Assembly (NCBI GenBank): GCA_033664045.1
Contig: GCA_033664045.1_3674.1
Length of the DNA stretch: 64,000 nucleotides
Strand: one strand, 5' to 3'
Source: a phage
The notes under the pieces were generated by a model. The model ran no database searches. It saw only the letters and a list, made by a program, of their open reading frames with translations, and was not told where the DNA came from. Shown piece by piece: positions 9,434-18,192 of the stretch (position 1 is its first letter; each line of letters begins with the position of its first letter). The position numbers and the translations under genes were made by a program.

Positions 9434-10097
9434 CTGGAGCAAGTATTTCACCTACAGTGACGGCAAACTGTTCTGGGCGTACACTGCAAAAGCCGGAAGG
9501 GGCAGGGTTATACATTACGCAGGTGAGGAGGCCACAGGTACAGATAAAAATGGCTATAGAGTGATATATGTGTCAGGTGTTGGGAGTGTTCGTAGGCATA
9601 GAATAGTTTGGGAGATGCATTACGGGGAGATACCCGAAGGACTTGTTGTGCGGCACAAGAACGACATAGCAGGCGATGATAGGGTAGAGAACTTAGTCCT
9701 AGGTACACAGGGCGATAATGCACGAGACATGATCTACAGTGACAAACTGAGCATTAACAATACCTCAGGGTGTCGAGGTGTACGCTACCATAAAGGCATA
9801 AAAAGATGGATTGCATCTGTTGGAGACATATACTTAGGATGTTTTAAGACAAAAGAGGATGCAATTGCATGCAGAAAGTTATGGGAGAAGGGAAAATTCG
9901 TCCCGCAAGAGTTGGATGTTAGAAACACTAGCGGTGTAACAGGAGTGTTCTATGTGCCGAGCTCTGGAAGGTGGAGAGTAAGAGTGCAAAGCGGCAAAAA
10001 GAGAAAGAGCTATGGCACTTACAATACTTTAGAAGAAGCAAAAGCTGTAAGAGATAGAGTGATGAAAGAGATTGAGGAGTTTAAAGATGGGGAATAA
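9426..10097 (+). CDS. HNH homing endonuclease with AP2 DNA-binding repeats
   Basis: HNH core RRHRIVWEMHYGEIPEGLVVRHKNDIAGDDRVENL; two AP2-like repeats SGCRGVRYHKGIKRWIASV and SGVTGVFYVPSSGRWRVRV. Confidence 0.75.
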   Translation: MVDWSKYFTYSDGKLFWAYTAKAGRGRVIHYAGEEATGTDKNGYRVIYVSGVGSVRRHRIVWEMHYGEIPEGLVVRHKNDIAGDDRVENLVLGTQGDNARDMIYSDKLSINNTSGCRGVRYHKGIKRWIASVGDIYLGCFKTKEDAIACRKLWEKGKFVPQELDVRNTSGVTGVFYVPSSGRWRVRVQSGKKRKSYGTYNTLEEAKAVRDRVMKEIEEFKDGE

Positions 10098-12165
10098 GTT
10101 TATATCCTCTGCATATAGCCGCTATGGAGAACCCAACCCGGTTGCAACAAGATACAAAAGTGGGGGCAGTATGAAACGAGACTATCGTGATGAAAAAGAG
10201 GTTGAAACTGTAGAGACTGTTTTAGAAAATACTAAAATTGTCCCTGTTCCACAACAGAATATAGGGCTAATGGCTGCTCAATATTTTGGTGTGCGATCAG
10301 CATTATCCCAAGAAGATGGTGTGACAGTCACTGCAACATATTTTCCATATTATGACCGCTACGGAAATCTGTCTGGTTTCAAAAAACGTGATTGGTCTAA
10401 GCCGAAAGAGCAGAAAGGACACTGGTCTGTAGTAGGCATCGTAAAGGCTAACTCCCAGATGTTTGGTCAAAAGCTGTGTGCATCTTCCAACAACCGTAAG
10501 CAGATTAACGTTTGTGAGGGGGAAGGTGATGTTATTGCAGCATGGCAGGCTGCATATCAGATACAAGTAAAAGGGATTCTCACCAACGCTAAAGCCCCGG
10601 CAAAGGTGAAGCAGTGGGCTAAAGAGGTCCAAGACGGGATCGACGCAGTTATCAACGGTGGTGATCTGGCAGGAAAACCCTGCCTGCCTTTTGTTGGAAT
10701 TAACTGTGGATGTGCAAACGCAGTAGATACTTTTGCAAACAATGAGAAGTTTATCCGTAGCTATGGAACAGTTGTGCTGGCAATGGATAACGATGCAGCT
10801 AACGAGGTAGAGAAGCAAAAACACGTCATCAAAGGTGTTGAGGCCACGCACAATATCGCAGCATTTTTGATGGCTGATAACGTTTACCACGTAGAATACC
10901 CCGGTGAAGTAAACGACCCTGATGGTGTAAAAGATATCCGAGACATGCTGAAGGCTAAAAAGCTGGAAGATATTGTCAACATGTTCCGGCATCCTGTTAA
11001 ATATGTACCTGATGCTGTGTCGGATTTAGAAGACTTCTCTATCGAGTCTTTGCGGAAAAAGACTTCCAACGGGGTAGATATCAGTGCAGAGTTCCCAAAA
11101 CTGCAAAAAATGCTAAAAGGCTTGCACAAAGGGACACTCGTAATGCTTACAGGTCCATCAGGCGGCGGTAAAACAACCGTGGCTAAAAAACTGGAACACT
11201 GTATTGCAAGATACCTAATGGACCCGACATGCCCGAAGGCCGATGACTATGAAGAGGATGATCGTCTATGTATGATCCATCTTGAGGAGGATCCAGAGGA
11301 AGCAATTAACTCCTTGTATGCAAACCAGTTAGGGTTTGATGTTAAAGAGTTTGTTGAAGATCCTAGCCAGTTTTTAACTGATCAAGAACACGCAGAGATT
11401 CACCAATCATGGGCAAAAGCTGGAAAAATCAAAGTGTTCAAACATTTCGGGTCTATTCCGGTGGACGAGTTGATTACCAAGCTTAAGCAAATGGTTTGCC
11501 TGTACCATTGTCGTTATATTGTGCTGGATCACCTGTCCATGGTAATTTCAGGGCTTAATGTTAAGGATGAGCGAAAAGAACTGGACATGGCTATGACCCA
11601 ACTGGCTGCGTTTTGTAAGCAGTTTAACGTGTTTATCTTGGTGATCGCTCACCTCAAACGTACAGAGATTGTGCCTCCTAAAGACAAGGATGGTAACCCG
11701 TTACCTTTCTGGTATCCTGTGCGAAAAGAGAATTTGCGAGGATCGGCTGGGCTTGAACAGTTGAGTTGGGTAGTCATAGGTGTCGAGGCCGAAGAAATGG
11801 TGGATCGTTCTCGTGGGCGTGTCCGTTTAGTAGGTCTTAAAAACCGTCCAGCAAAAACATTGGGTATTGCAGACACTTTGGTTATGGACCCACATACAGG
11901 TAAGTTCCATGATGCCAGTAATTGGTACTGGGACAAAGAAATGCAAATGTTTACAGATGGAGAAGGTGGGGAGGTTGTTTGGAGACCTCAGGCTATGTTT
12001 GAGGATCAGGAGCATGCAGTTGTAGAAACACCTATGGGCAAGGTTGTGGCTGATAAGGTTGTAACTCCTACTGTTAAGCCTGTTGACACGCAGGAAGACC
12101 TCCAGTACGATGATCCGTCCTCTGACCATGTTCCTGGTTTTGAGGATGATGAAACACCTTTTTAA
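10087..12165 (+). CDS. primase-helicase (T7 gp4-like; Toprim + DnaB-family helicase)
   Basis: ATG at 10087 after GAGGAG (track start 10072 is TTG); Toprim EGEGD / AMDNDAANE; Walker A LTGPSGGGKTT; acidic C-terminus ending DDETPF. Confidence 0.85.
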   Translation: MGNKFISSAYSRYGEPNPVATRYKSGGSMKRDYRDEKEVETVETVLENTKIVPVPQQNIGLMAAQYFGVRSALSQEDGVTVTATYFPYYDRYGNLSGFKKRDWSKPKEQKGHWSVVGIVKANSQMFGQKLCASSNNRKQINVCEGEGDVIAAWQAAYQIQVKGILTNAKAPAKVKQWAKEVQDGIDAVINGGDLAGKPCLPFVGINCGCANAVDTFANNEKFIRSYGTVVLAMDNDAANEVEKQKHVIKGVEATHNIAAFLMADNVYHVEYPGEVNDPDGVKDIRDMLKAKKLEDIVNMFRHPVKYVPDAVSDLEDFSIESLRKKTSNGVDISAEFPKLQKMLKGLHKGTLVMLTGPSGGGKTTVAKKLEHCIARYLMDPTCPKADDYEEDDRLCMIHLEEDPEEAINSLYANQLGFDVKEFVEDPSQFLTDQEHAEIHQSWAKAGKIKVFKHFGSIPVDELITKLKQMVCLYHCRYIVLDHLSMVISGLNVKDERKELDMAMTQLAAFCKQFNVFILVIAHLKRTEIVPPKDKDGNPLPFWYPVRKENLRGSAGLEQLSWVVIGVEAEEMVDRSRGRVRLVGLKNRPAKTLGIADTLVMDPHTGKFHDASNWYWDKEMQMFTDGEGGEVVWRPQAMFEDQEHAVVETPMGKVVADKVVTPTVKPVDTQEDLQYDDPSSDHVPGFEDDETPF

Positions 12166-12223
12166 TGTTTAACAAAGAGTGGGAGGGGTAGTACAACCGC
12201 CTCCCCTTTAAGGAGAACACTTT

Positions 12224-15001
12224 ATGAGTATGTATAGCTTCGATTTTGAGGCCTCTGGGCTTTTGGAAGATCCAGACCTTTATTATCACTGCGGCCTGTT
12301 TAAAGCGTTGAATAAGAACCGTTTTATGCTGTTCCTTCCTCTGAATGACCGCACACACTACTCCGAGGAGGATATAGAGAAGGCTAAGAACTTTATTCTG
12401 GCAAAGAAAACTCTTTATAAGGATTTTGAAGTTCGCATAGCAGATTTTTCGGAGTTGGAAGGGTGGCTTACAGGAAATTCTGACTGGTCACCCACAGCTT
12501 TGAACTGCCACAACTGCTACAGCTACGACTTTATGCTGATGGAGAGATTGTCCGGTATTCATTTTGATATGTTCCGTGATCCTAAGTGTATGGGGACTAT
12601 CAACGACCACCAGGTTAATCTGTTTGATACATTGGCTATGAGCCGAATTTTGTGGCCTGACCGACCTTTGCCAAAAGGTTGTCCAGACGCTGTATTCAAC
12701 CCGGTTACTAAGAAAATGCAGCCTGTTGGTCCTCACGGCCTTATGGCATGGGGCTACGCTCTTGGTAACCAGAAAGTTCAAATTGATGACTGGCGCGATC
12801 TTCCGTTGTGGAAGTATGTGGATCGTGTATTCGAGGACGTTATCATCCAGGAGCTGCTCTGGAAAGAGCTGGTAGCGGAATCAAAAGGTGTATTCTACGG
12901 CAAATCTGACATGCAGAACTTTATGTACGATCCTGCCAAAGAGAAGCCGAAAGGATTCAAGAAGATCACCTGGAAGAACGCATTACGTCGAGGCATGCTG
13001 CAGCACTTCCTGATGGAGCTGCAGGCCCGTCAGGGCGTATACTTCGACATAGATGGAGCTATTGCTTTACGTGACCGTTGCGATGCGTGGATGAAAGAAA
13101 TCGCTGATCGTGTTGAACCACAACTGCCTTTAAAAGAGCTGTCAATGTCTCAGCGGCCCAAGTTCCCTGAAAAGCCGTTTAACCAAGACGGGACAATCTC
13201 CAATAATGGTTGGAAATGGTTAAAAGATAAGCTTGGCTATCCTGTAGACATGAGCGCTTTAGAGTTCAAAGCCCCGCCTAAGAGAGCATTTACCTCTACA
13301 GGAGATGTCAGCAAGATGGGGATAAAATGGTGTGAAGAGATGGGATGCAAAGACCCCGATAAGATGGCTGATTTCTTGAGAGGCTATATTAAGGGCACTT
13401 CCACACCACACCCTTTGCCTAAAGAGCTGATGGATCAGGCAATAAGTGATCTACAGCAGAAGCGAATGCCGGACTGCAAGATACCTATGAAAATCAGCAA
13501 CCAGGACGACATTAAGCGATACCTGATCAGTGCTGGCTGGCTTCCGACAATGTGGAGAACTAAGGATGTAACTAAAGACAGCAAGAAGAAAGCTTTACCT
13601 GATGCAGATGTTGATGCACGAGTATATGCATATATGGACGAGCTTTTGGAGTCAGAGTATTGTGACCTAATTATCAACTTCTGGAACAAAACTGATGCTA
13701 AGTTCCAGACAACCGTGCACAAGTTCCGAAGCTTTCCTAACTCCGAAAGGATTAAAAAGGAAGTATTCGGGAAAATACGTAGAAAAGCTAGGGCACTTAT
13801 TACTTCTCCGCAACTGAAAGATACGTTTGGACACCTATGCCCAAATCTTGAAAAATTGAACGGAGAGATGGCTAAAGATATCGTCTTGTGGTTATCATTG
13901 CGAAACCGCAGATCGGTCCTTGATCCAATCAAGGAGGATAAGGTTGATACTGGTCTTCTTAATCACCCACGCTTGAAGATTGACCATAAGCTTCCTGCTA
14001 AAAGTTCTGGATTAACAAACACTTCCCGACAGAAACACAGTATTTGTGCAAACATGCCTAAACCATCTCCTAAAGTGGTTATGGGTAAAGAGATGCGTAG
14101 TCTGTGGGGTGTTCCTCCAGGATACTTTGAGATCGGTATTGACGGGTCCAACTTAGAGCAGCTTATCGGGGCTTGGGGTGCCTTTGAGTTCGACAACGGC
14201 TTGTATTATGATGTTGTAAGTAACGGGGACGCACACCAAAACAATGCTGAGGCATATACAAAAGTAGCAGGCAGAGAGGTGTCTCGTAACGACGGTAAAC
14301 CTATCACGTATGGGGTTATGTACGGGGCACAAAAAGATAAAGTTGCAGACATGCTGGATATCTCTCCAGAGTTGGGGCAAAGGGTAATCGATGCGCTTTG
14401 GGATGCCAACCCAGGTCTTAAGGGGCGTAAAGAGGATCTGGAGAAATTCTGGGAAGCAACTGGTAAGAAGTTTATCTACTCTTTTGATGGTCATGCCATC
14501 TGGACCCGATCTAAACACTCTTTACTTAATGCATACCAACAAAATGGCGGTGCATCGTTGTGTGATTTAGTTGGGATACTCATGCACCACCAAATGGTGA
14601 GGCGTGGGTGGTACGATGAAGGTGTTCGTCGTATTATCTATTACCATGACGAATATCAGCTTCAAGTACCTGACACACCGAAGTATAAGACTGTGTACAC
14701 CTTCGACACAATTGAAGAATTGGAAGCATTTAAGGCAGAGCAGGAGGCCAAACTTCATGTGTTCGACGGTCATAAGTACAAAAAGGCACGCAAGGATGAA
14801 AACGGAAACGAAGTGGTTGACAGAGACGGAAACACGGTGTACGATCCTATCTTGAACGATGACGGAAAGCTTGAACTTATCTGGAGTCCTGTGGGCGAAA
14901 TGGTGGTACATTGCTTCTGGCAAGCTTCTAAAATGATGGGAGTCCCGTTCCAGATCACAGGTGAATACTTGTGTGGTCGTAATTGGGGTGATTGTCACTA
15001 A
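12224..15001 (+). CDS. DNA polymerase, family A, with 3'-5' exonuclease domain
   Basis: Exo I FDFEASG; motif A IDGSNLEQL; motif B RNDGKPITYGVMYGAQ; motif C YYHDEYQLQV. Confidence 0.9.
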   Translation: MSMYSFDFEASGLLEDPDLYYHCGLFKALNKNRFMLFLPLNDRTHYSEEDIEKAKNFILAKKTLYKDFEVRIADFSELEGWLTGNSDWSPTALNCHNCYSYDFMLMERLSGIHFDMFRDPKCMGTINDHQVNLFDTLAMSRILWPDRPLPKGCPDAVFNPVTKKMQPVGPHGLMAWGYALGNQKVQIDDWRDLPLWKYVDRVFEDVIIQELLWKELVAESKGVFYGKSDMQNFMYDPAKEKPKGFKKITWKNALRRGMLQHFLMELQARQGVYFDIDGAIALRDRCDAWMKEIADRVEPQLPLKELSMSQRPKFPEKPFNQDGTISNNGWKWLKDKLGYPVDMSALEFKAPPKRAFTSTGDVSKMGIKWCEEMGCKDPDKMADFLRGYIKGTSTPHPLPKELMDQAISDLQQKRMPDCKIPMKISNQDDIKRYLISAGWLPTMWRTKDVTKDSKKKALPDADVDARVYAYMDELLESEYCDLIINFWNKTDAKFQTTVHKFRSFPNSERIKKEVFGKIRRKARALITSPQLKDTFGHLCPNLEKLNGEMAKDIVLWLSLRNRRSVLDPIKEDKVDTGLLNHPRLKIDHKLPAKSSGLTNTSRQKHSICANMPKPSPKVVMGKEMRSLWGVPPGYFEIGIDGSNLEQLIGAWGAFEFDNGLYYDVVSNGDAHQNNAEAYTKVAGREVSRNDGKPITYGVMYGAQKDKVADMLDISPELGQRVIDALWDANPGLKGRKEDLEKFWEATGKKFIYSFDGHAIWTRSKHSLLNAYQQNGGASLCDLVGILMHHQMVRRGWYDEGVRRIIYYHDEYQLQVPDTPKYKTVYTFDTIEELEAFKAEQEAKLHVFDGHKYKKARKDENGNEVVDRDGNTVYDPILNDDGKLELIWSPVGEMVVHCFWQASKMMGVPFQITGEYLCGRNWGDCH

Positions 15002-15050
15002 TGTAAACTATCAACACATGGAAGTGTTGTTGAGCAAAGAGGAGACTTTT

Positions 15051-15335
15051 ATGGTAGTAGAGCCAACAAAAACATTTACATCCATGACCATTCCTGTTAT
15101 TATGCAGGTGGAGTGTGTTCAGGTATCTCAAGTGTGGCCTGGCACCAAAATCCCAACAGGGCCTGATTTCTTTCAGGTTGGGAAAGTGTACAATGTCTGG
15201 AAGGCACCAGATTGTTACCCTTTCATTAAAGATGACCGTGGGATGCTGTGGTATCTTGGAAATGACTTGACACTGCACCTTGGGAATGCTATTATTGCAG
15301 TATTCAGACTTAACAAGAAGGAGACCGATCAATGA
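15051..15335 (+). CDS. hypothetical protein
   Basis: ATG at 15051 with RBS GAGGAG (track start 14961 overlaps polymerase); KDDRGMLWYL motif shared with next two ORFs. Confidence 0.45.
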   Translation: MVVEPTKTFTSMTIPVIMQVECVQVSQVWPGTKIPTGPDFFQVGKVYNVWKAPDCYPFIKDDRGMLWYLGNDLTLHLGNAIIAVFRLNKKETDQ

Positions 15336-15559
15336 CGACTTTGGTTAAAGCTACCTTTGTAGAAGAAAAGATGACAGACCTGTCATTCTTTAAAGAAGGA
15401 AAGACCTACGAGGTTTATTACGATAAAAATCGTGCAAACAAGATGATTAAAGACGAGGAAGGGATTGCCTGGTTTATCTCCCATCTGGCAAACGGTGAGT
15501 ATCATATCTACGGAACCACCCTGCTTGCCAAGTTTGTAGCTGTTGAAGAGGGCCTATGA
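15332..15559 (+). CDS. hypothetical protein (small paralog)
   Basis: ATGA overlap; KDEEGIAWFI motif. Confidence 0.5.
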   Translation: MTTLVKATFVEEKMTDLSFFKEGKTYEVYYDKNRANKMIKDEEGIAWFISHLANGEYHIYGTTLLAKFVAVEEGL

Positions 15560-15750
15560 AAGTAAAGTATCTGGCTGAGGGTATGAGTAGGTATTTCACC
15601 CTTGGTGAAGAATATTGGCCCTTTACAAGCAACGGCGATGTCTACGTGAAAGATAATTCCGGCACGCCGTGGTTTCTGCACTTTAATGGGCTGGGATACT
15701 CCATTTACTGCGGTGCAGTGAACAACACAACACTTGCAGAGTTTGTATAG
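15556..15750 (+). CDS. hypothetical protein (small paralog)
   Basis: ATGA overlap; KDNSGTPWFL motif. Confidence 0.5.
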   Translation: MKVKYLAEGMSRYFTLGEEYWPFTSNGDVYVKDNSGTPWFLHFNGLGYSIYCGAVNNTTLAEFV

Positions 15751-15760
15751 GGGAGGCAGG

Positions 15761-16132
15761 ATGTTAGTAAAAGGTACTCACACAGTCAAACAGCGTATTG
15801 AAGTTGAGATTGATGATTGTGAGCTGAAGCATATTCTACGGTCATGTTCTAACGTTTTGCTCCTTAGCATTCTTCAGGAGCGAGCAGAGAACGAGTTCTT
15901 AAATGCACTGGCAGGCCGTCCTGGTGACTTCTGTGTGCGTAAGCGTGGTGACAACAAGTCATGGCTGTGGGAAATCGATGCCGACTGGGATTACCACAAA
16001 AATGAGGGTATAGATGAGCCTATTCGTGAATTGACAGACAAAGAGGTTCAGATGTACAATGAAGTTTGTCATTGGGCAACACGCCAACAAATTTACCTCG
16101 ACCCTGTGTGGCTGATTGAAAATAGTCATTGA
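15761..16132 (+). CDS. hypothetical protein
   Basis: ATG at 15761 after GGGGAGG RBS. Confidence 0.5.
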   Translation: MLVKGTHTVKQRIEVEIDDCELKHILRSCSNVLLLSILQERAENEFLNALAGRPGDFCVRKRGDNKSWLWEIDADWDYHKNEGIDEPIRELTDKEVQMYNEVCHWATRQQIYLDPVWLIENSH

Positions 16133-16208
16133 CAAGAAGTAAGATTAGATATAAGATGTTTCACACAAACAGAGCGTTGATTTTTAAATAACTAAGGAGA
16201 CTGCCAAG

Positions 16209-16463
16209 ATGAAAATTACTTTGAAGCCAGAATGCGTTGAAAATGACCGAGCTTTTAAAGATTGCACAGTCGGTGCAATTTATGAAGCAGAGTTTTGTGA
16301 GAACCCTCTGGTAAAAGCCCTTCTGGAAGAAGGGGCCCCTTTATCACAAGAAGAGATCGATGAGCTGGAAAACTCAGCACAGTGCCTTACCTTTAAAGAT
16401 GATGAAGGAGACTCTGTCTGGTGCACTGTTAATGAAGTAGTTTTTGTAAAACCTGAACATTAA
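16209..16463 (+). CDS. hypothetical protein (tandem paralog 1)
   Basis: RBS AAGGAGA; KPECVENDRAFKDCT...DDEGDSVWCT similar to next ORF. Confidence 0.55.
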   Translation: MKITLKPECVENDRAFKDCTVGAIYEAEFCENPLVKALLEEGAPLSQEEIDELENSAQCLTFKDDEGDSVWCTVNEVVFVKPEH

Positions 16464-16466
16464 TAC

Positions 16467-16495
16467 TTGACAACAGTGATAGGGCCTAATATAAT
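16467..16495 (+). promoter_or_regulatory. sigma70-like promoter, TTGACA-N17-TATAAT, -10 inside a palindrome
   Basis: cTTGACAacagtgatagggcctaaTATAATggccctatc; palindrome gatagggcc/ggccctatc flanks the -10. Confidence 0.6.
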
Positions 16496-16526
16496 GGCCC
16501 TATCAAAACGAAAGGGGACCACAGCA

Positions 16527-16799
16527 ATGACCAAACAATATCAACGAATTAAAGCCAAGGTTAAGCCAGACTATCTGGAGAAGGACTCTGCTTTTCGGGA
16601 CTGCACAGCTGACAAAGTTTACACAGGTGCCGTCCTGTTGAACGATGAACTTGAAGTAGATATTCTGGGTAAAGAGGCCACTATTAAGGACGACCAAGGC
16701 GATTATGTTTGCTGCACCACACGTGAGCTAGAAATCTTAGAATACTTCGGTGAAATCTTCACCTCTCTTGATGATTACTTAGACGACGAGGAAGCGTAA
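16527..16799 (+). CDS. hypothetical protein (tandem paralog 2)
   Basis: ATG at 16527; KPDYLEKDSAFRDCT...DDQGDYVCCT. Confidence 0.55.
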   Translation: MTKQYQRIKAKVKPDYLEKDSAFRDCTADKVYTGAVLLNDELEVDILGKEATIKDDQGDYVCCTTRELEILEYFGEIFTSLDDYLDDEEA

Positions 16800-17188
16800 T
16801 GAAAAATATTTGGGATATTGATATCTTTGAAGCCTCTAAGCTTGACGGTGCTGATGGAGTGATTATGGTGTCTGATGGCAAGGCAACACTAACTTCCGGA
16901 GATATCATCTATGCCTTGGACGAGCTGGCGCTTCTGAAGTCTACCGGTAACACTCTAGAGGAGCGTCTTCAAGGCTTCGCCTTCAAAGAAGGCACAAATA
17001 CCGCCATGATGTGCACCACACGGACAGTTCAGGTGGGTAACGGTGTCTATATGATTATTGCTGTGTGTCCTAAATTCAGCAACGTCAACAAAGATGATGC
17101 TGACGCGGTAAACGATGTGGTTGTTCTCTTCGTGGGTGACGCTATGGCAGATCTGATGAATGCAGGAGAAGCAGCAAATGAAGACTGA
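16799..17188 (+). CDS. hypothetical protein
   Basis: overlapping stop/start, co-directional. Confidence 0.5.
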   Translation: MKNIWDIDIFEASKLDGADGVIMVSDGKATLTSGDIIYALDELALLKSTGNTLEERLQGFAFKEGTNTAMMCTTRTVQVGNGVYMIIAVCPKFSNVNKDDADAVNDVVVLFVGDAMADLMNAGEAANED

Positions 17189-17480
17189 AAACATCACCCC
17201 AGCAGGGTTCTTAAAAGTATACCGTGAACTGCTATATACTACAGAGGACAGTGTTCTGGAGTATCCAGAATATCTTTTGCTGTATAAGTATCTACAGGAG
17301 GCTGGTGAAAATCTGCCAGTTAATGCAGAAGGCGGTCCGAACTGGGTATACAGCGCATGGAGAAAGGTTGACATTCTCCCAGATCCAGGTAAAGATATGG
17401 TAGTTTGGCAGCTTATCAACAACATCGGGATTCCAATCTTCGATGAGGCTGTTAAAATCTATTTTGAACTTGACGATTAA
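17178..17480 (+). CDS. hypothetical protein
   Basis: ATG at 17178 with AGGAG RBS (track start 17160). Confidence 0.5.
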   Translation: MKTENITPAGFLKVYRELLYTTEDSVLEYPEYLLLYKYLQEAGENLPVNAEGGPNWVYSAWRKVDILPDPGKDMVVWQLINNIGIPIFDEAVKIYFELDD

Positions 17481-17497
17481 TATCAGGAGACCTTAAG

Positions 17498-17743
17498 ATG
17501 ACTGAAGTAGTTGCTCGCGCAGGACAGAAAGTACGTTGTGTTGAAGTAGGTTTTGGTGGCAAAGGGTGTCAAAACTTGACTCAAGGTAAGGAATACGCTG
17601 TTATCTCTGGTGGTGGCGACGAAAGTATTGTGTTCGAGGGCCACATCCTGGATGCTGAAAACTTTGAAATCTTTGACGACGATGGGGATCCGATCACCTG
17701 CCTGCTGGACGGGAATTGGGGAACTTTCGAAGTGATTGGCTAA
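17498..17743 (+). CDS. hypothetical protein
   Basis: RBS CAGGAGA; small acidic protein. Confidence 0.5.
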   Translation: MTEVVARAGQKVRCVEVGFGGKGCQNLTQGKEYAVISGGGDESIVFEGHILDAENFEIFDDDGDPITCLLDGNWGTFEVIG

Positions 17744-17826
17744 CAAATACCTATTGTAATTTACAGAAGGGGATGCTAAAATAGTGTCTCCTTCTATGTT
17801 GTTCAAATAAAATCGGAGATTCCATA

Positions 17827-18192
17827 ATGGAACAAATGAACGATCAAGCGTCGGTTGCGATGAACGAGCAAGAACAACCTCAAGAATTTTTCTTAGGGTT
17901 AAGTAAAGATCAAGTGTCTCTTCTGCTAGTGCTTTCTTCTTTCATGGGAAGACTTCAGGAGCTCACACAACAGCCAGAGGCTGAACAATTATTCCAAGCT
18001 TTGCGTGAAGAAGAAAAATATCGTCGTTTGGACTATGCCTTAGGTTGGGTAGCTCAACAACGAGATATGCTAATGGCCCTCTCTGGGACTACAAGTTTTG
18101 CAATGGGCCTGTTGGCTCAAGTTCAGGACAAATTAATTCAAGCAGGGTTTGCACACACGGCAAACACTAACGAAGAACAAGGAGATAAATAA
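17827..18192 (+). CDS. hypothetical protein
   Basis: ORF with upstream AATCGGAGA RBS. Confidence 0.5.
   Translation: MEQMNDQASVAMNEQEQPQEFFLGLSKDQVSLLLVLSSFMGRLQELTQQPEAEQLFQALREEEKYRRLDYALGWVAQQRDMLMALSGTTSFAMGLLAQVQDKLIQAGFAHTANTNEEQGDK

Noticed and set aside
10303-10992. 229-aa minus-strand ORF inside the primase-helicase gene
   Set aside because: Antisense to a well-supported gene with clear motifs; shadow ORF. The same applies to 13435-13932, 14567-14998 and 14955-15332 opposite the polymerase.
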